29,103 nt of DNA from Flavobacteriales bacterium (lineage in GTDB: Bacteria; Bacteroidota; Bacteroidia; Flavobacteriales_D; Sanyastnellaceae): assembly GCA_947464885.1 (NCBI GenBank), contig CANHYZ010000001.1:1-29103 (forward strand). Reading direction: 5' to 3'. Positions within the stretch are counted from its first letter, which is position 1. Each line of letters starts with the position of its first letter. A program made the translations under genes and the position numbers. Positions 8,471 through 17,079 of this stretch are shown one piece after another. The notes under the pieces are model-generated. The model saw only the letters and a list, made by a program, of their open reading frames with translations, did no database searches and had not been told where the DNA came from.

Positions 8471-10783
8471 CTAATTAGTTACCATGACCCAACCATTGGC
8501 ATAATCATTTGCTCCGATAATATTCGCACCAATATTCGAAACACAAAATCCAACATTATAAGAACCAGGGACAAGATTCGAAACTGAAGCCGCCGCCGAA
8601 TAAGGAAGAAGCGTTGTAGTCACTCTGGAAATTGTATAACTAATCCCCACAAAATTCTCAATTACCCCATCACTTCCTTGATAGCATAGCCCTGTGATTA
8701 TCTGTTGTGCCGGCAATTGCAGATCCAATGCTAAACTCGCCACTCCTGCTCCTGAAATTCGCTGTGAAGTACTGCTAATCTGTAAAGTGGTAGTTGGACC
8801 GGCAAACACATAATCGAGTGAAGAAGGAATGTCTTGAATCAATCCAGCAAATGCTCCAATGGTAACAACTCCTGTTTCACCTTGAGAGCCTGCAGGACCC
8901 GCAGGACCTTGTGCACCGGCTGCGCCTTGCGGACCTGCGGCTCCGGCAGCACCGTTTGCACCCGCTACGCCATTGCATACATACTTCGTAAGTGAAGCAT
9001 TGATTTCGCCGGCGTCGAGTATGCCGTTGCCATTCGCATCCAAGCCGTATTCCAGTTTTACGCCACCATTGGGGCAGTTATTGGCAGCGGGCTCGGTCGT
9101 AGTTTTAACCAATGAGTTCTGTCCATTCGTTCCGTTGATTCCATTAGCACCAGCAGGACCCGCAGGACCTTGTGCACCGGCTGCGCCTTGCGGACCAACA
9201 GCTCCGGCAACACCGTTTGCACCCGCTACGCCATTGCATACATACTTCGTAAGTGAAGCATTGATTTCGCCCGCGTCGAGTATGCCGTTGCCATTCGCAT
9301 CCAAGCCATATTCCAATTTCACACCACCGTTGGGGCAGTTATTAGCGGCAGGCTCGGTCGTAGTTTTGACCAATGAGTTTTGACCATTCGTGCCGTTAGT
9401 TCCATTAGCACCAGCAGGACCTTGTGCACCAGCAGGACCTTGAGGTCCGGCGAGACCCGGAGGTCCGGCGTTACCCGCTGGACCAACAGAACCTTGTTCA
9501 CCATCTGCACCCTGAGGACCAGCAGGTCCGACAGGACCTTGAGCCCCTATTGGGCCTTGAGGACCAGCAGGGCCCTGAGCCCCAGCAGGGCCTTGAGCTC
9601 CTGCAACACCAGCTGCCCCTTGAGGGCCGGCCGGACCTTGTGCACCAACTAGACCGACAGGACCTGCAGGCCCCTGAATGTTCCCGGCCTCTATCCAGTC
9701 GCTACCATCCCAAATCCACAAAAATCCAGTGCTTTGAACAATGTATCCATCACCATTAGAATTACCCGTTGTTGGCAAATCATTCTCCGTTGCTGCGCTT
9801 CCTTGAATGCTGATTGAAGTACCATCTGCACCTGCAGGACCTTGCACACCAGCAGGACCTTGTGGGCCGGAAGCTCCCTGAGGGCCTACAGGCCCCTGAG
9901 GTCCCGCCTCACCTGTTGCGCCCTGAGCGCCACCAACGCCCTGCGGCCCCTGCGGCCCTTCTGCACCATCACTTCCGGCTGGACCTTGCGGACCGGCTGG
10001 ACCTTGAATACCTTGGAGTCCCTGTGCACCGGCAGGTCCCTGTGCACCGGCAGGACCTTGTGCACCATTAGCACCGGCAGGGCCCTGTTCACCTTGTGCT
10101 CCCTGAGGACCTTGAATACTTCCGGCATCCAACCAACTAGCGCCATCCCATACCCACAAGTGACCATTGTCCTGTGCGATGTATCCGGCTCCAGTTGAAA
10201 CACCCATATTTGGCAGTTCCGCTTCGGTCGCTACGCTACCCTGAAACTCTACAGAAGTGCCGGCAGCACCAGTTTCACCTTGTGGCCCGGCAGGTCCTTG
10301 CGAACCGGCAACACCCGGCTCGCCTTGCGGCCCAATAGGGCCCTGAGGCCCGGGAATCGAACTTCCGGAAGTTTCAGCATACAAAGCGAATGGCACGCTA
10401 AGCAACTGCGTAGTCGTAATAATAGAATAGCTAGTGCCTCCAGATGGATCCACTTCCGACAGAATGAAGTATGGTCCGGATGACCAATTGACGTCACCTA
10501 AATTCCCCAATTCAGCATTACCATTTCCTAGCTCAACGGATAATAAACCATTGGCATTCGTTTGCGCATCATGCGTCTCGACATATACCTCCGTGCCTGA
10601 CGCACTGCCCTGCAAAATGCTTAACCTTAGGCCAACATTCTGATTGGTAAGCAGTGTTTGTGATGCACTGCGAATAATCGCCTGGTAACTCATTTTCTGA
10701 GGCACCTGTGCAACGGCTGTTAAAGAAAAAAACGGTAGAATAATTAGTATGATTAAGCGAAAAAGTGTTTGATTGGTACACAT
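8471..10783 (-). CDS. Secreted collagen-like fibre protein, mosaic, without a T9SS CTD
   Basis: ATG 10783 (MCTNQTLF...TAVA|QVPQKMSYQ) preferred over the track start at 10885. N-terminal domain ...[20 protein letters not shown]...[17 protein letters not shown]. Long Gly-X-Y runs, two W(V/I)WDGxxW inserts, two [26 protein letters not shown]...YVCNG modules, and a ~135-aa beta-rich C-terminal head ending [12 protein letters not shown]. Confidence 0.9.
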   Translation of the reverse strand: MCTNQTLFRLIILIILPFFSLTAVAQVPQKMSYQAIIRSASQTLLTNQNVGLRLSILQGSASGTEVYVETHDAQTNANGLLSVELGNGNAELGNLGDVNWSSGPYFILSEVDPSGGTSYSIITTTQLLSVPFALYAETSGSSIPGPQGPIGPQGEPGVAGSQGPAGPQGETGAAGTSVEFQGSVATEAELPNMGVSTGAGYIAQDNGHLWVWDGASWLDAGSIQGPQGAQGEQGPAGANGAQGPAGAQGPAGAQGLQGIQGPAGPQGPAGSDGAEGPQGPQGVGGAQGATGEAGPQGPVGPQGASGPQGPAGVQGPAGADGTSISIQGSAATENDLPTTGNSNGDGYIVQSTGFLWIWDGSDWIEAGNIQGPAGPVGLVGAQGPAGPQGAAGVAGAQGPAGAQGPAGPQGPIGAQGPVGPAGPQGADGEQGSVGPAGNAGPPGLAGPQGPAGAQGPAGANGTNGTNGQNSLVKTTTEPAANNCPNGGVKLEYGLDANGNGILDAGEINASLTKYVCNGVAGANGVAGAVGPQGAAGAQGPAGPAGANGINGTNGQNSLVKTTTEPAANNCPNGGVKLEYGLDANGNGILDAGEINASLTKYVCNGVAGANGAAGAAGPQGAAGAQGPAGPAGSQGETGVVTIGAFAGLIQDIPSSLDYVFAGPTTTLQISSTSQRISGAGVASLALDLQLPAQQIITGLCYQGSDGVIENFVGISYTISRVTTTLLPYSAAASVSNLVPGSYNVGFCVSNIGANIIGANDYANGWVMVTN
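8892..9420. repeat. Near-identical 261-bp (87-aa) tandem duplication inside the collagen-like gene
   Basis: gcaggacccgcaggaccttgtgcaccggctgcgcc... occurs at 8892 and 9153. The encoded 52-aa Cys-containing module (GQNSL...YVCNG) is identical in both copies. Confidence 0.9.
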
Positions 10784-10806
10784 GATATGGTAGGTGTTTA
10801 GGCTGA

Positions 10807-11277
10807 TTACTGCTTGATTAGTTTGTATTCCGCGCAATTGCGCGACTGATTGCAAAGTCGAATGATGTAGTGAGCGGCGGACCACTCATGCACAAATAAG
10901 AGAGTTTGGGCCGATTGCATAGATTTCTCCTCTAGCAAGTCTCCCTGCATATCAAATACTGAAATTGTAATACCCGGGCGGAATTCCGGCATGGATATAA
11001 GCACATAATCGCGTGTGGGATTTGGAAAAAGTGATACATCGATAAGCTTTAGAGGTTCCTCAACGAAAATGGGAGTCACTGAATAAGGCTGTTGCACACC
11101 ATGATTGATAGTTCCTTCAGCACTGATTTCATTTGTATAAACAACCTGCCCGATAGAATAGGAAATGCTTCCTTCGGAAGAAGAACCGTCGCCGCCGGCT
11201 GCAACAACATCCTGCTGAGCAGTCAAAGTGCCGGGCAGAAGGGCCAACGCCAGAGAAATAAATGTGATTGATTGCAT
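10807..11277 (-). CDS. Small T9SS type A CTD protein (signal peptide + ~55-aa domain + CTD)
   Basis: LTA|[27 protein letters not shown]...GVQQPY, followed by [11 protein letters not shown]...SVFDMQG...YIIRL...YKLIKQ. Stops 23 nt before the collagen gene start. Confidence 0.85.
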   Translation of the reverse strand: MQSITFISLALALLPGTLTAQQDVVAAGGDGSSSEGSISYSIGQVVYTNEISAEGTINHGVQQPYSVTPIFVEEPLKLIDVSLFPNPTRDYVLISMPEFRPGITISVFDMQGDLLEEKSMQSAQTLLFVHEWSAAHYIIRLCNQSRNCAEYKLIKQ

Positions 11278-11480
11278 GATCTATTAAGTTTAACGAAGCA
11301 AACATCACCAACATCTGTTTTGCGAAAGCCCATCGACTTACATCCGGTAAAGGCGATTTAATAGGTGGTGTGTTTTTATCGGGAAATGGTGAGAGAGAAA
11401 AATAGTACGGCTGACGAATTACTGATTGACGATGATTGACAAGGAGGTTCGTCATTACTTTGCCGCTGAAACCAACAAAC

Positions 11481-11642
11481 CTATTCTCATTAACAAACAC
11501 GCTTGCTCCGCTTTGCATCAGCAGCTTTAAACTTTGGGCACGTTCCTTACCCCTCACGTAATATGGCCTTCCACCTGCCGATGATGGTAATGCGGACAGC
11601 AGTATTTACGTATTCGAAAACTGCAATGTTCGGCTCGCCAAA
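11481..11642 (+). pseudogene. Decayed copy of the first 54 codons of the phnA gene at 7815
   Basis: Gap-free alignment with 7815-7976: 115/162 nt and 27/54 aa identical by hand count (LPPADDGNADSSIYVFENCN vs LPPSADGNADDSICVCETCN). It has no start codon (CTA), an in-frame TAA at 11559-11561, and 4 of 5 Cys lost. Confidence 0.85.
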
Positions 11643-11681
11643 GCATGCGTGTGAAAGCACAGGCATTAATAAATTCACCTC

Positions 11682-12476
11682 ATGGATTCTTCTCTGAAAC
11701 ACATTACCGCACAAGTTGAAACGCTCAGCAAGGAAATAGGCGATTGGATGAAAGCGCAAACCACCGTTAGCGAGAACATCGCTGAAGTGAAAAGCGAAAA
11801 CAACCTGGTGACCTACGTCGATAAGGAAAGCGAACGCCGCTTTGTTGAAGGCCTCAAACACATTCTTCCGGAAGCAGGGTTTGTTGCAGAGGAAGGAACA
11901 GGCGCACCCGCTGCAAGTGGTCTGAACTGGGTAATTGACCCTCTTGACGGAACAACGAACTTTGTGCACGGCATGCCCGTATGGTGCACCAGCATTGGAC
12001 TTTGCCAAGGTAATGAAGCCATTGCAGGTGTCATTTACGATCCAAGCAGCAACGAGTGTTTCACTGCGTGGAAAGGTGGCGGTGCATTTCTCAATGGACA
12101 ACCTATTCGCATTTCAGCTATTCCTTCCCTGGAACAATCGCTCTTTGCAACCGGTTTCCCTTACGATGATTTCGGACGTGAGGAAGCGTACATCGCTTTA
12201 TTCCGAGATATGATGCGTTCTACCCGTGGACTGCGCAGACTGGGCAGTGCTGCGTTGGATATGGCCTGGACGGCTTGTGGTCGTGTGGAGGGATTCTATG
12301 AATACGGACTCAATCCTTGGGATGTAGCCGCCGGGTGTATCATCGTTCAGGAAGCCGGTGGTACCGTAACCGATTTCTCCGGAGGCGATAACTACATTTT
12401 CGGTGAAGACCTGGTTTGCACCAACGGCAGTGTGCAGGCCGAAATGCTAGCGAAAATCGCTCGATACTTCTCATAA
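11682..12476 (+). CDS. suhB: Inositol monophosphatase family protein
   Basis: LVTYVDKESE, WVIDPLDGTTNF, LRRLGSAALD and WDVAAGCIIVQEAGG motifs. Confidence 0.92.
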   Translation: MDSSLKHITAQVETLSKEIGDWMKAQTTVSENIAEVKSENNLVTYVDKESERRFVEGLKHILPEAGFVAEEGTGAPAASGLNWVIDPLDGTTNFVHGMPVWCTSIGLCQGNEAIAGVIYDPSSNECFTAWKGGGAFLNGQPIRISAIPSLEQSLFATGFPYDDFGREEAYIALFRDMMRSTRGLRRLGSAALDMAWTACGRVEGFYEYGLNPWDVAAGCIIVQEAGGTVTDFSGGDNYIFGEDLVCTNGSVQAEMLAKIARYFS

Positions 12477-12503
12477 AAAAAGCTCCGCCGAAGCGAAGCT
12501 TTT
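12477..12503. terminator. Bidirectional intrinsic terminator between convergent genes
   Basis: AAAAAGCTCCGC-CGAA-GCGAAGCTTTT, between the stop codons at 12476 and 12527. Confidence 0.75.
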
Positions 12504-12526
12504 CCGGTTGAATCATCTCCATCGTA

Positions 12527-15214
12527 TTAGCGAACGACAAAGGAGGTAGTACCTCCGTTCTCAGCCACTACATGGTAGAGGCCTGAGCTCCAATCCTGCA
12601 CATCAAATTGCACACGTGTGGTTTGTGCTTTGAATTGCACCACCAATGCACCTTGCGCATTGTACACGTTTAATACTGTTGGCAGGGCTGTTTGAATTTG
12701 AATTAGTCCATCAGCCGGATTTGGAAACACCAACAGTGCATTCTTGTCTACTTCGGCAACTTGAATCGCACAACCTGCGCAGTAACCAAAACAGACTTCC
12801 GGCATGGTAATGTTGTTTTGGTTGGTGACAACCGTGCGATTGTATCCCCCAAAGCCATCGTCAACACCACATTCGAAAGGAACGGTTTCAGCAAATGTGA
12901 AATCCGGTCCATTTAAAAATTTGAAAAACTGCTGCTGGTTTTGTTCGACCGTCACAACTGCGCGGTAAATCGAAGGCGAAATTTCTTGCATTTGAGTTTC
13001 TGTGGCTGAGAAACTATTGAACGTGCCCGCTACATAAACGCCCGATGCATTAACCGTTTGTTGACTCATATCCACCGTGAGCGTGAGTTGCAGCGTAGGC
13101 ACAACGACACATGGACCGCAAGTGGCGAAGCATACCGCAGGAATCTCTTCATTGCCGTTGCCCACCAATAAGCTGCGGTTATAACCTCCAAACATGTCAT
13201 CCGTTCCGCATTCTGCAGGCACGCTTTCCCAGCTCGTTCCATTCACGAATTTGTAGGAAATCACTTCACCGGAATTAACGGCAATAGGGAGTTGGTAAAC
13301 GCCGTTGCCAAGTGGAATCATAGCTTCGGGCGTCCAGCTGTTGAAAGAGCCCGCAACAAAAACTTCATCGTTGCTCACCGACTCATTGGTCATGTCCACA
13401 TTGAGCGTGACAATAACCAAACTTACCGGCAAACAGTCGGCGCATGATGCAAAACAAACGGTTTGCAGTGTTGAATCGTTTACTCCAAGAGTTAATGAGC
13501 GGTTGTATCCGCCGAAACCGTTGTCGACACCACAGTCGGCAGGAACAGCTTCCTCGGCAGGTCCCCAGGCATCACCATTTAGAAACTTGTAAGCAACAGC
13601 TGTGTTAACCTCTATTGCTGATGTGTACTCAAAGATACCATCGCCATCACCGTCGGTCATCTCTGAAGCCCCCGGTGTCCAGCCCTGAAAATTCCCAACC
13701 ACATACACTCCCATAGCACTTACAGTCTCATTAGCCATATTCACTCGGAACGTCACATTCACTGTTGTTGGCTCAACAATAGGCTCACAATCGATGCACT
13801 GACCGAAGCACAGTGGACCGTACACCGCGTCCATATCGCCTATGTAAAACGAACGGTTAAAACCACCGAGACCATTGTCCACGCCGCAATCGGCAGGAAC
13901 TGACTCCGTCAGCGACCAATCATTACCGTTGACAAATACAAATTCAATACTATCGTTGGCAGGAAGGGATAGCGTGACTTCGTAGATACCATCTCCATCG
14001 TCATCAGTCATAGGCGTGGCACCGAGCGTCCAGTTTTGCATAGTTCCTACTACCTGAACTCCATCAGGGTTCACGGTTTCATTGGCCATGTTTACCAGAA
14101 AGGTGACGTTCACATCCGGTTGAATGACGGCGCAGTTTTCACATTGACCATAACAAACGACGGGAGCAACAACATCTGAGGTTCCCAATTCAAGCACACG
14201 ATTATAGGATCCGAATCCATCAGGTAATCCGCACACCGATGGTACGTTCTCCGCTTGGGTGTCAACATTTCCGTTGATGAATTTATAGAGCAAATTGGCG
14301 TTCTCTTCCACTTCAACTGTCGCTTCGTAAATGCCATCACCATCTTCATCAGCCATGGGAGTAGCGGATGCATTCCAGCCTTGGAAATTCCCCATCACAT
14401 GAACACCATCGGGCGAAACCGTTTGTTCAGCCATGTTCACACTTAGGCTAACCGAAATCGTGGGAATAACAGTGATACAATCGGCGCACTCACCGTAACA
14501 GACGGTCGCTGCAGTCGTATCGTCATAGGCCAATTCCAAGCGACGGAACATCATCCCTTGCACCATGAAACGACACGCAGCAGGAATGACTTCAGCATCA
14601 GCAATGGCCAGACCATTTTGAAACCGGTAGTTGATTATTTGATTCGTGTCGAGTGTTAGCGTTGCCGTGTATACACCATCACCATCGGCATCGAGCATCT
14701 GCTGAGAGAAAGCAGGATCCGTTGTTGGAATACCGCTTACAAAAACTCCGTTCGGACTTACCGTTTGTTGCTCCATGTTAACCGCAAACGTTACATCAGC
14801 CGTAGGTGAAGCCGGACAGTTTTCGCACGCAGCAAAGCATACGGGACCGTAGGTGAAAGTGGGCGTCGTGGGCGTAAAGTTTCGGTTAAAACCTCCTACT
14901 CCATTAGCTACACCGCACTCCTGGGGAACACCTTCATCCTGATTCGGGCCCCAGTTATTACCATTGATGAATTTGAACTGAATCGGAACACCGGTTGGCA
15001 CCGTAGTCGTGTATTCATAAATCCCATCACCGTCGGCATCAGTCATGGCTGTCGCGCCAGGTTGCCATTGGGGTGACTGGAACGTGCCTGCAATATGAAC
15101 ACCGTTAGCATTCACTGTAAGACCTTGCATATTGACCAAAAAGGTCACTGAAGTTTGTGCTTGAAGCATCAACGCAGCCAAGAAGGCAGTTGCGAAAAGG
15201 AAGATACTTTTCAT
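12527..15214 (-). CDS. T9SS-secreted protein with seven tandem CBM20/CBM48-like repeats and a type A CTD
   Basis: Signal peptide (MLQA|Q). Seven ~115-aa units V(T/S)(F/L)xV(N/D)M...GVxVxGxFxxW...MxDxDGDG(I/V)Y...(Y/F)KFxNG...VPxxCG...NR...C(F/Y)xxCxxC. C-terminal LVFPNPADG...SGLYHV...SFVVR. Confidence 0.88.
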   Translation of the reverse strand: MKSIFLFATAFLAALMLQAQTSVTFLVNMQGLTVNANGVHIAGTFQSPQWQPGATAMTDADGDGIYEYTTTVPTGVPIQFKFINGNNWGPNQDEGVPQECGVANGVGGFNRNFTPTTPTFTYGPVCFAACENCPASPTADVTFAVNMEQQTVSPNGVFVSGIPTTDPAFSQQMLDADGDGVYTATLTLDTNQIINYRFQNGLAIADAEVIPAACRFMVQGMMFRRLELAYDDTTAATVCYGECADCITVIPTISVSLSVNMAEQTVSPDGVHVMGNFQGWNASATPMADEDGDGIYEATVEVEENANLLYKFINGNVDTQAENVPSVCGLPDGFGSYNRVLELGTSDVVAPVVCYGQCENCAVIQPDVNVTFLVNMANETVNPDGVQVVGTMQNWTLGATPMTDDDGDGIYEVTLSLPANDSIEFVFVNGNDWSLTESVPADCGVDNGLGGFNRSFYIGDMDAVYGPLCFGQCIDCEPIVEPTTVNVTFRVNMANETVSAMGVYVVGNFQGWTPGASEMTDGDGDGIFEYTSAIEVNTAVAYKFLNGDAWGPAEEAVPADCGVDNGFGGYNRSLTLGVNDSTLQTVCFASCADCLPVSLVIVTLNVDMTNESVSNDEVFVAGSFNSWTPEAMIPLGNGVYQLPIAVNSGEVISYKFVNGTSWESVPAECGTDDMFGGYNRSLLVGNGNEEIPAVCFATCGPCVVVPTLQLTLTVDMSQQTVNASGVYVAGTFNSFSATETQMQEISPSIYRAVVTVEQNQQQFFKFLNGPDFTFAETVPFECGVDDGFGGYNRTVVTNQNNITMPEVCFGYCAGCAIQVAEVDKNALLVFPNPADGLIQIQTALPTVLNVYNAQGALVVQFKAQTTRVQFDVQDWSSGLYHVVAENGGTTSFVVR

Positions 15215-15242
15215 AATGGGTTAATGGTTAATGAGGCGAATA

Positions 15243-15263
15243 TAAGTGTAGCAAATACACTTA
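15243..15263. promoter_or_regulatory. Palindromic operator candidate TAAGTGTA-N5-TACACTTA in the divergent intergenic region
   Basis: Perfect 8-bp arms with a 5-bp spacer, 29-49 nt upstream of ATG 15214, with no U-tract. Confidence 0.45.
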
Positions 15264-15348
15264 CCGTTATACACGGAAATTTCGATGAATTGTGTTGCAT
15301 TTTTTTTTGAAACTACACGGCAAACTTTTGCCGACCTTGCACCGCAGA

Positions 15349-16122
15349 ATGTTGAGCCAATTCCCACGATACGTTACGCTCTTTTCCATAATTGTTTGGG
15401 CGCTGGCAGCTCGTGCGCAAACTCCTGTTGACAGCACCCTGATAACCATTGAAGGAATGTTGCTCGATGAAATGGGTCAACCCATCTCCAATGCCATCAT
15501 CATCAATCGGGCAACGAAGAAGGGCGGATTTGGCAGACCCGATGGCACATTCACAGTGAACTGTCTGCGAAAGGACACGCTTGCCATTACATCGCTGGGA
15601 TTTCAAACGCGGTTGATCAGCTATCGCGATTCGGTTGGACGGGATTCGTTTCAATTGCGATTGTTCCTCGATACCCGCAGCTACATGCTTACTGAAGTCG
15701 AAGTATTTGCACCGCGTGATTTGGAGCAAATCCAGGAGGACATCTATAAATTAGGATACGATGAGCGTGACTATATGCTTAGCGGGATCAATGCTGTGCA
15801 AAGTCCAATCACATTTCTCTACCAGCAATTCAGCCGCAAAGAGCAATCGAAGCGGCAGGTAGCTTACATGGAAAACGAAGATCGGAAAAGAGAACTCTTG
15901 AAGGAACTGTTCAGGCTTTATGTCGATTATGATATTATCAGCCTCACCGATGATCAGTTTGATGATTTCATTACATACCTCAACGTGTCGGATGATTTTC
16001 TCATCAACAGCTCTCAGTATGACTTCCTGGTTTTTGTGAAAGACCGTTTCCGGGATTACAAAATCTATGTGCGCCAAAACACGCGCATGCAATCAACCGA
16101 TTTCGACTACGATAAGGATTGA
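15349..16122 (+). CDS. Carboxypeptidase-regulatory-like domain secreted protein
   Basis: ATG 15349 preferred over 15292. ARA|Q, then ITIEGMLLDEMGQPISNAIIIN...DGTFTV...DTLAITSLGF, then SPITFLYQQFSRKEQSKR. Confidence 0.8.
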   Translation: MLSQFPRYVTLFSIIVWALAARAQTPVDSTLITIEGMLLDEMGQPISNAIIINRATKKGGFGRPDGTFTVNCLRKDTLAITSLGFQTRLISYRDSVGRDSFQLRLFLDTRSYMLTEVEVFAPRDLEQIQEDIYKLGYDERDYMLSGINAVQSPITFLYQQFSRKEQSKRQVAYMENEDRKRELLKELFRLYVDYDIISLTDDQFDDFITYLNVSDDFLINSSQYDFLVFVKDRFRDYKIYVRQNTRMQSTDFDYDKD

Positions 16123-16124
16123 GA

Positions 16125-16724
16125 TTAATTCTTCCGCTTAAGAGCGTTCACGAAACGTCCCCAGGCATCCGCGTCGAGCAAATTACCTCCGCTTCGAAAG
16201 CCTCCGTTATATCGGGCAATCATAGTAGCCGATGCTTCATCATAAGCCTCCGCGGAGAGGTCCCTTAAACCATCGTAATTGGATACAGACGCTGCGGTGC
16301 GGTCAAATCGAAAATAAGTATCGCCCGGAAAATCCAGCGCCATGACCTCGGCTCTCAATCGCGCCGGTGATGGGTAAGGCAAGATATCGACCGTTGGCAG
16401 AAGAACCTGTTCTGACTCCATCCACTGAACAATCGAAATATGGTTCGATACCGTATCATTAGGGATGACGTAATACGAACGCTTCAATCCAAGAAAGATG
16501 AAGTTCAGCGTGTCGCCTGCAAAAACAGGCAAGGTGAAATAACCTGTATGATCGGAAAATGTTCCGCGGTTGTCGTGTGAACGAAACACCGTAGCATAAG
16601 GCACGGGTAAGAGTGAATCGGTAGCCACCACCACGCCGGAAACCTGAATGATGTGACGGTCTTGTGCCGACAACTCTCCGACTGTGATTAATCCAAGAAT
16701 CAGGATTGCGATTAATTTCCCCAT
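16125..16724 (-). CDS. Carboxypeptidase-regulatory-like domain secreted protein
   Basis: ATG 16724 (MGKLIAIL...LSA|Q) preferred because the track start at 16760 falls in the -33 box. QVSGVVVATDSLLPVPYATV...GYFTLPVFAGDTLNFIFLG. Confidence 0.8.
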   Translation of the reverse strand: MGKLIAILILGLITVGELSAQDRHIIQVSGVVVATDSLLPVPYATVFRSHDNRGTFSDHTGYFTLPVFAGDTLNFIFLGLKRSYYVIPNDTVSNHISIVQWMESEQVLLPTVDILPYPSPARLRAEVMALDFPGDTYFRFDRTAASVSNYDGLRDLSAEAYDEASATMIARYNGGFRSGGNLLDADAWGRFVNALKRKN

Positions 16725-16730
16725 GCAGGG

Positions 16731-16760
16731 CAAATGTAACGGTTGACAACGAAAGGCCAA
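16731..16760 (-). promoter_or_regulatory. Full Bacteroidota promoter TTG-N19-TACATTTG
   Basis: On the minus strand, TTG at 16760-16758, a 19-nt spacer, and TACATTTG at 16738-16731, 6 nt before ATG 16724. Confidence 0.7.
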
Positions 16761-16787
16761 GCCCCTTTCGTTAAGTCCTGTGAAAGA

Positions 16788-17078
16788 TCACTCACAACAT
16801 GCACCGTTTGTCAATTTCAATGCATAGAATAGCAGCGTGCTTGCCGCCAATAGGAGACTACCCCATCGCAGGACCATCGGTGCCCAGGGGGAATTTAATC
16901 TTCGAAATAAAATCCAGATAACCGTCATTCCAAGCAACTCCACAGGTGCCGGATGCAGTTCGAAACTTCGCCCCCATTCTCCTTGGAACAAATGCAGAAC
17001 ACTGCGCTGCAAGCCGCACGCAGGACAGTCGCAGCCGGTCAACACTTTAAATGGACAGGGAAGCAGGGTGAATTCCAT
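16788..17078 (-). CDS. DUF2752-family small membrane protein
   Basis: LPCPFKVLTGCDCPACGLQRSVLHLFQG...HP motif plus hydrophobic helices. Starts 1 nt after the upstream stop codon. Confidence 0.85.
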   Translation of the reverse strand: MEFTLLPCPFKVLTGCDCPACGLQRSVLHLFQGEWGRSFELHPAPVELLGMTVIWILFRRLNSPWAPMVLRWGSLLLAASTLLFYALKLTNGACCE

Positions 17079-17079
17079 C

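Noticed and set aside
8973-10497. Several antisense and alternative-frame ORFs over the collagen gene
   Set aside because: Shadows of GC-rich Gly-X-Y codons; their internal repeats simply mirror the 261-bp duplication.
11503-11697. 64-aa ORF in the track upstream of suhB
   Set aside because: An off-frame reading of the phnA remnant; it mirrors the off-frame ORF at 7870-8052.
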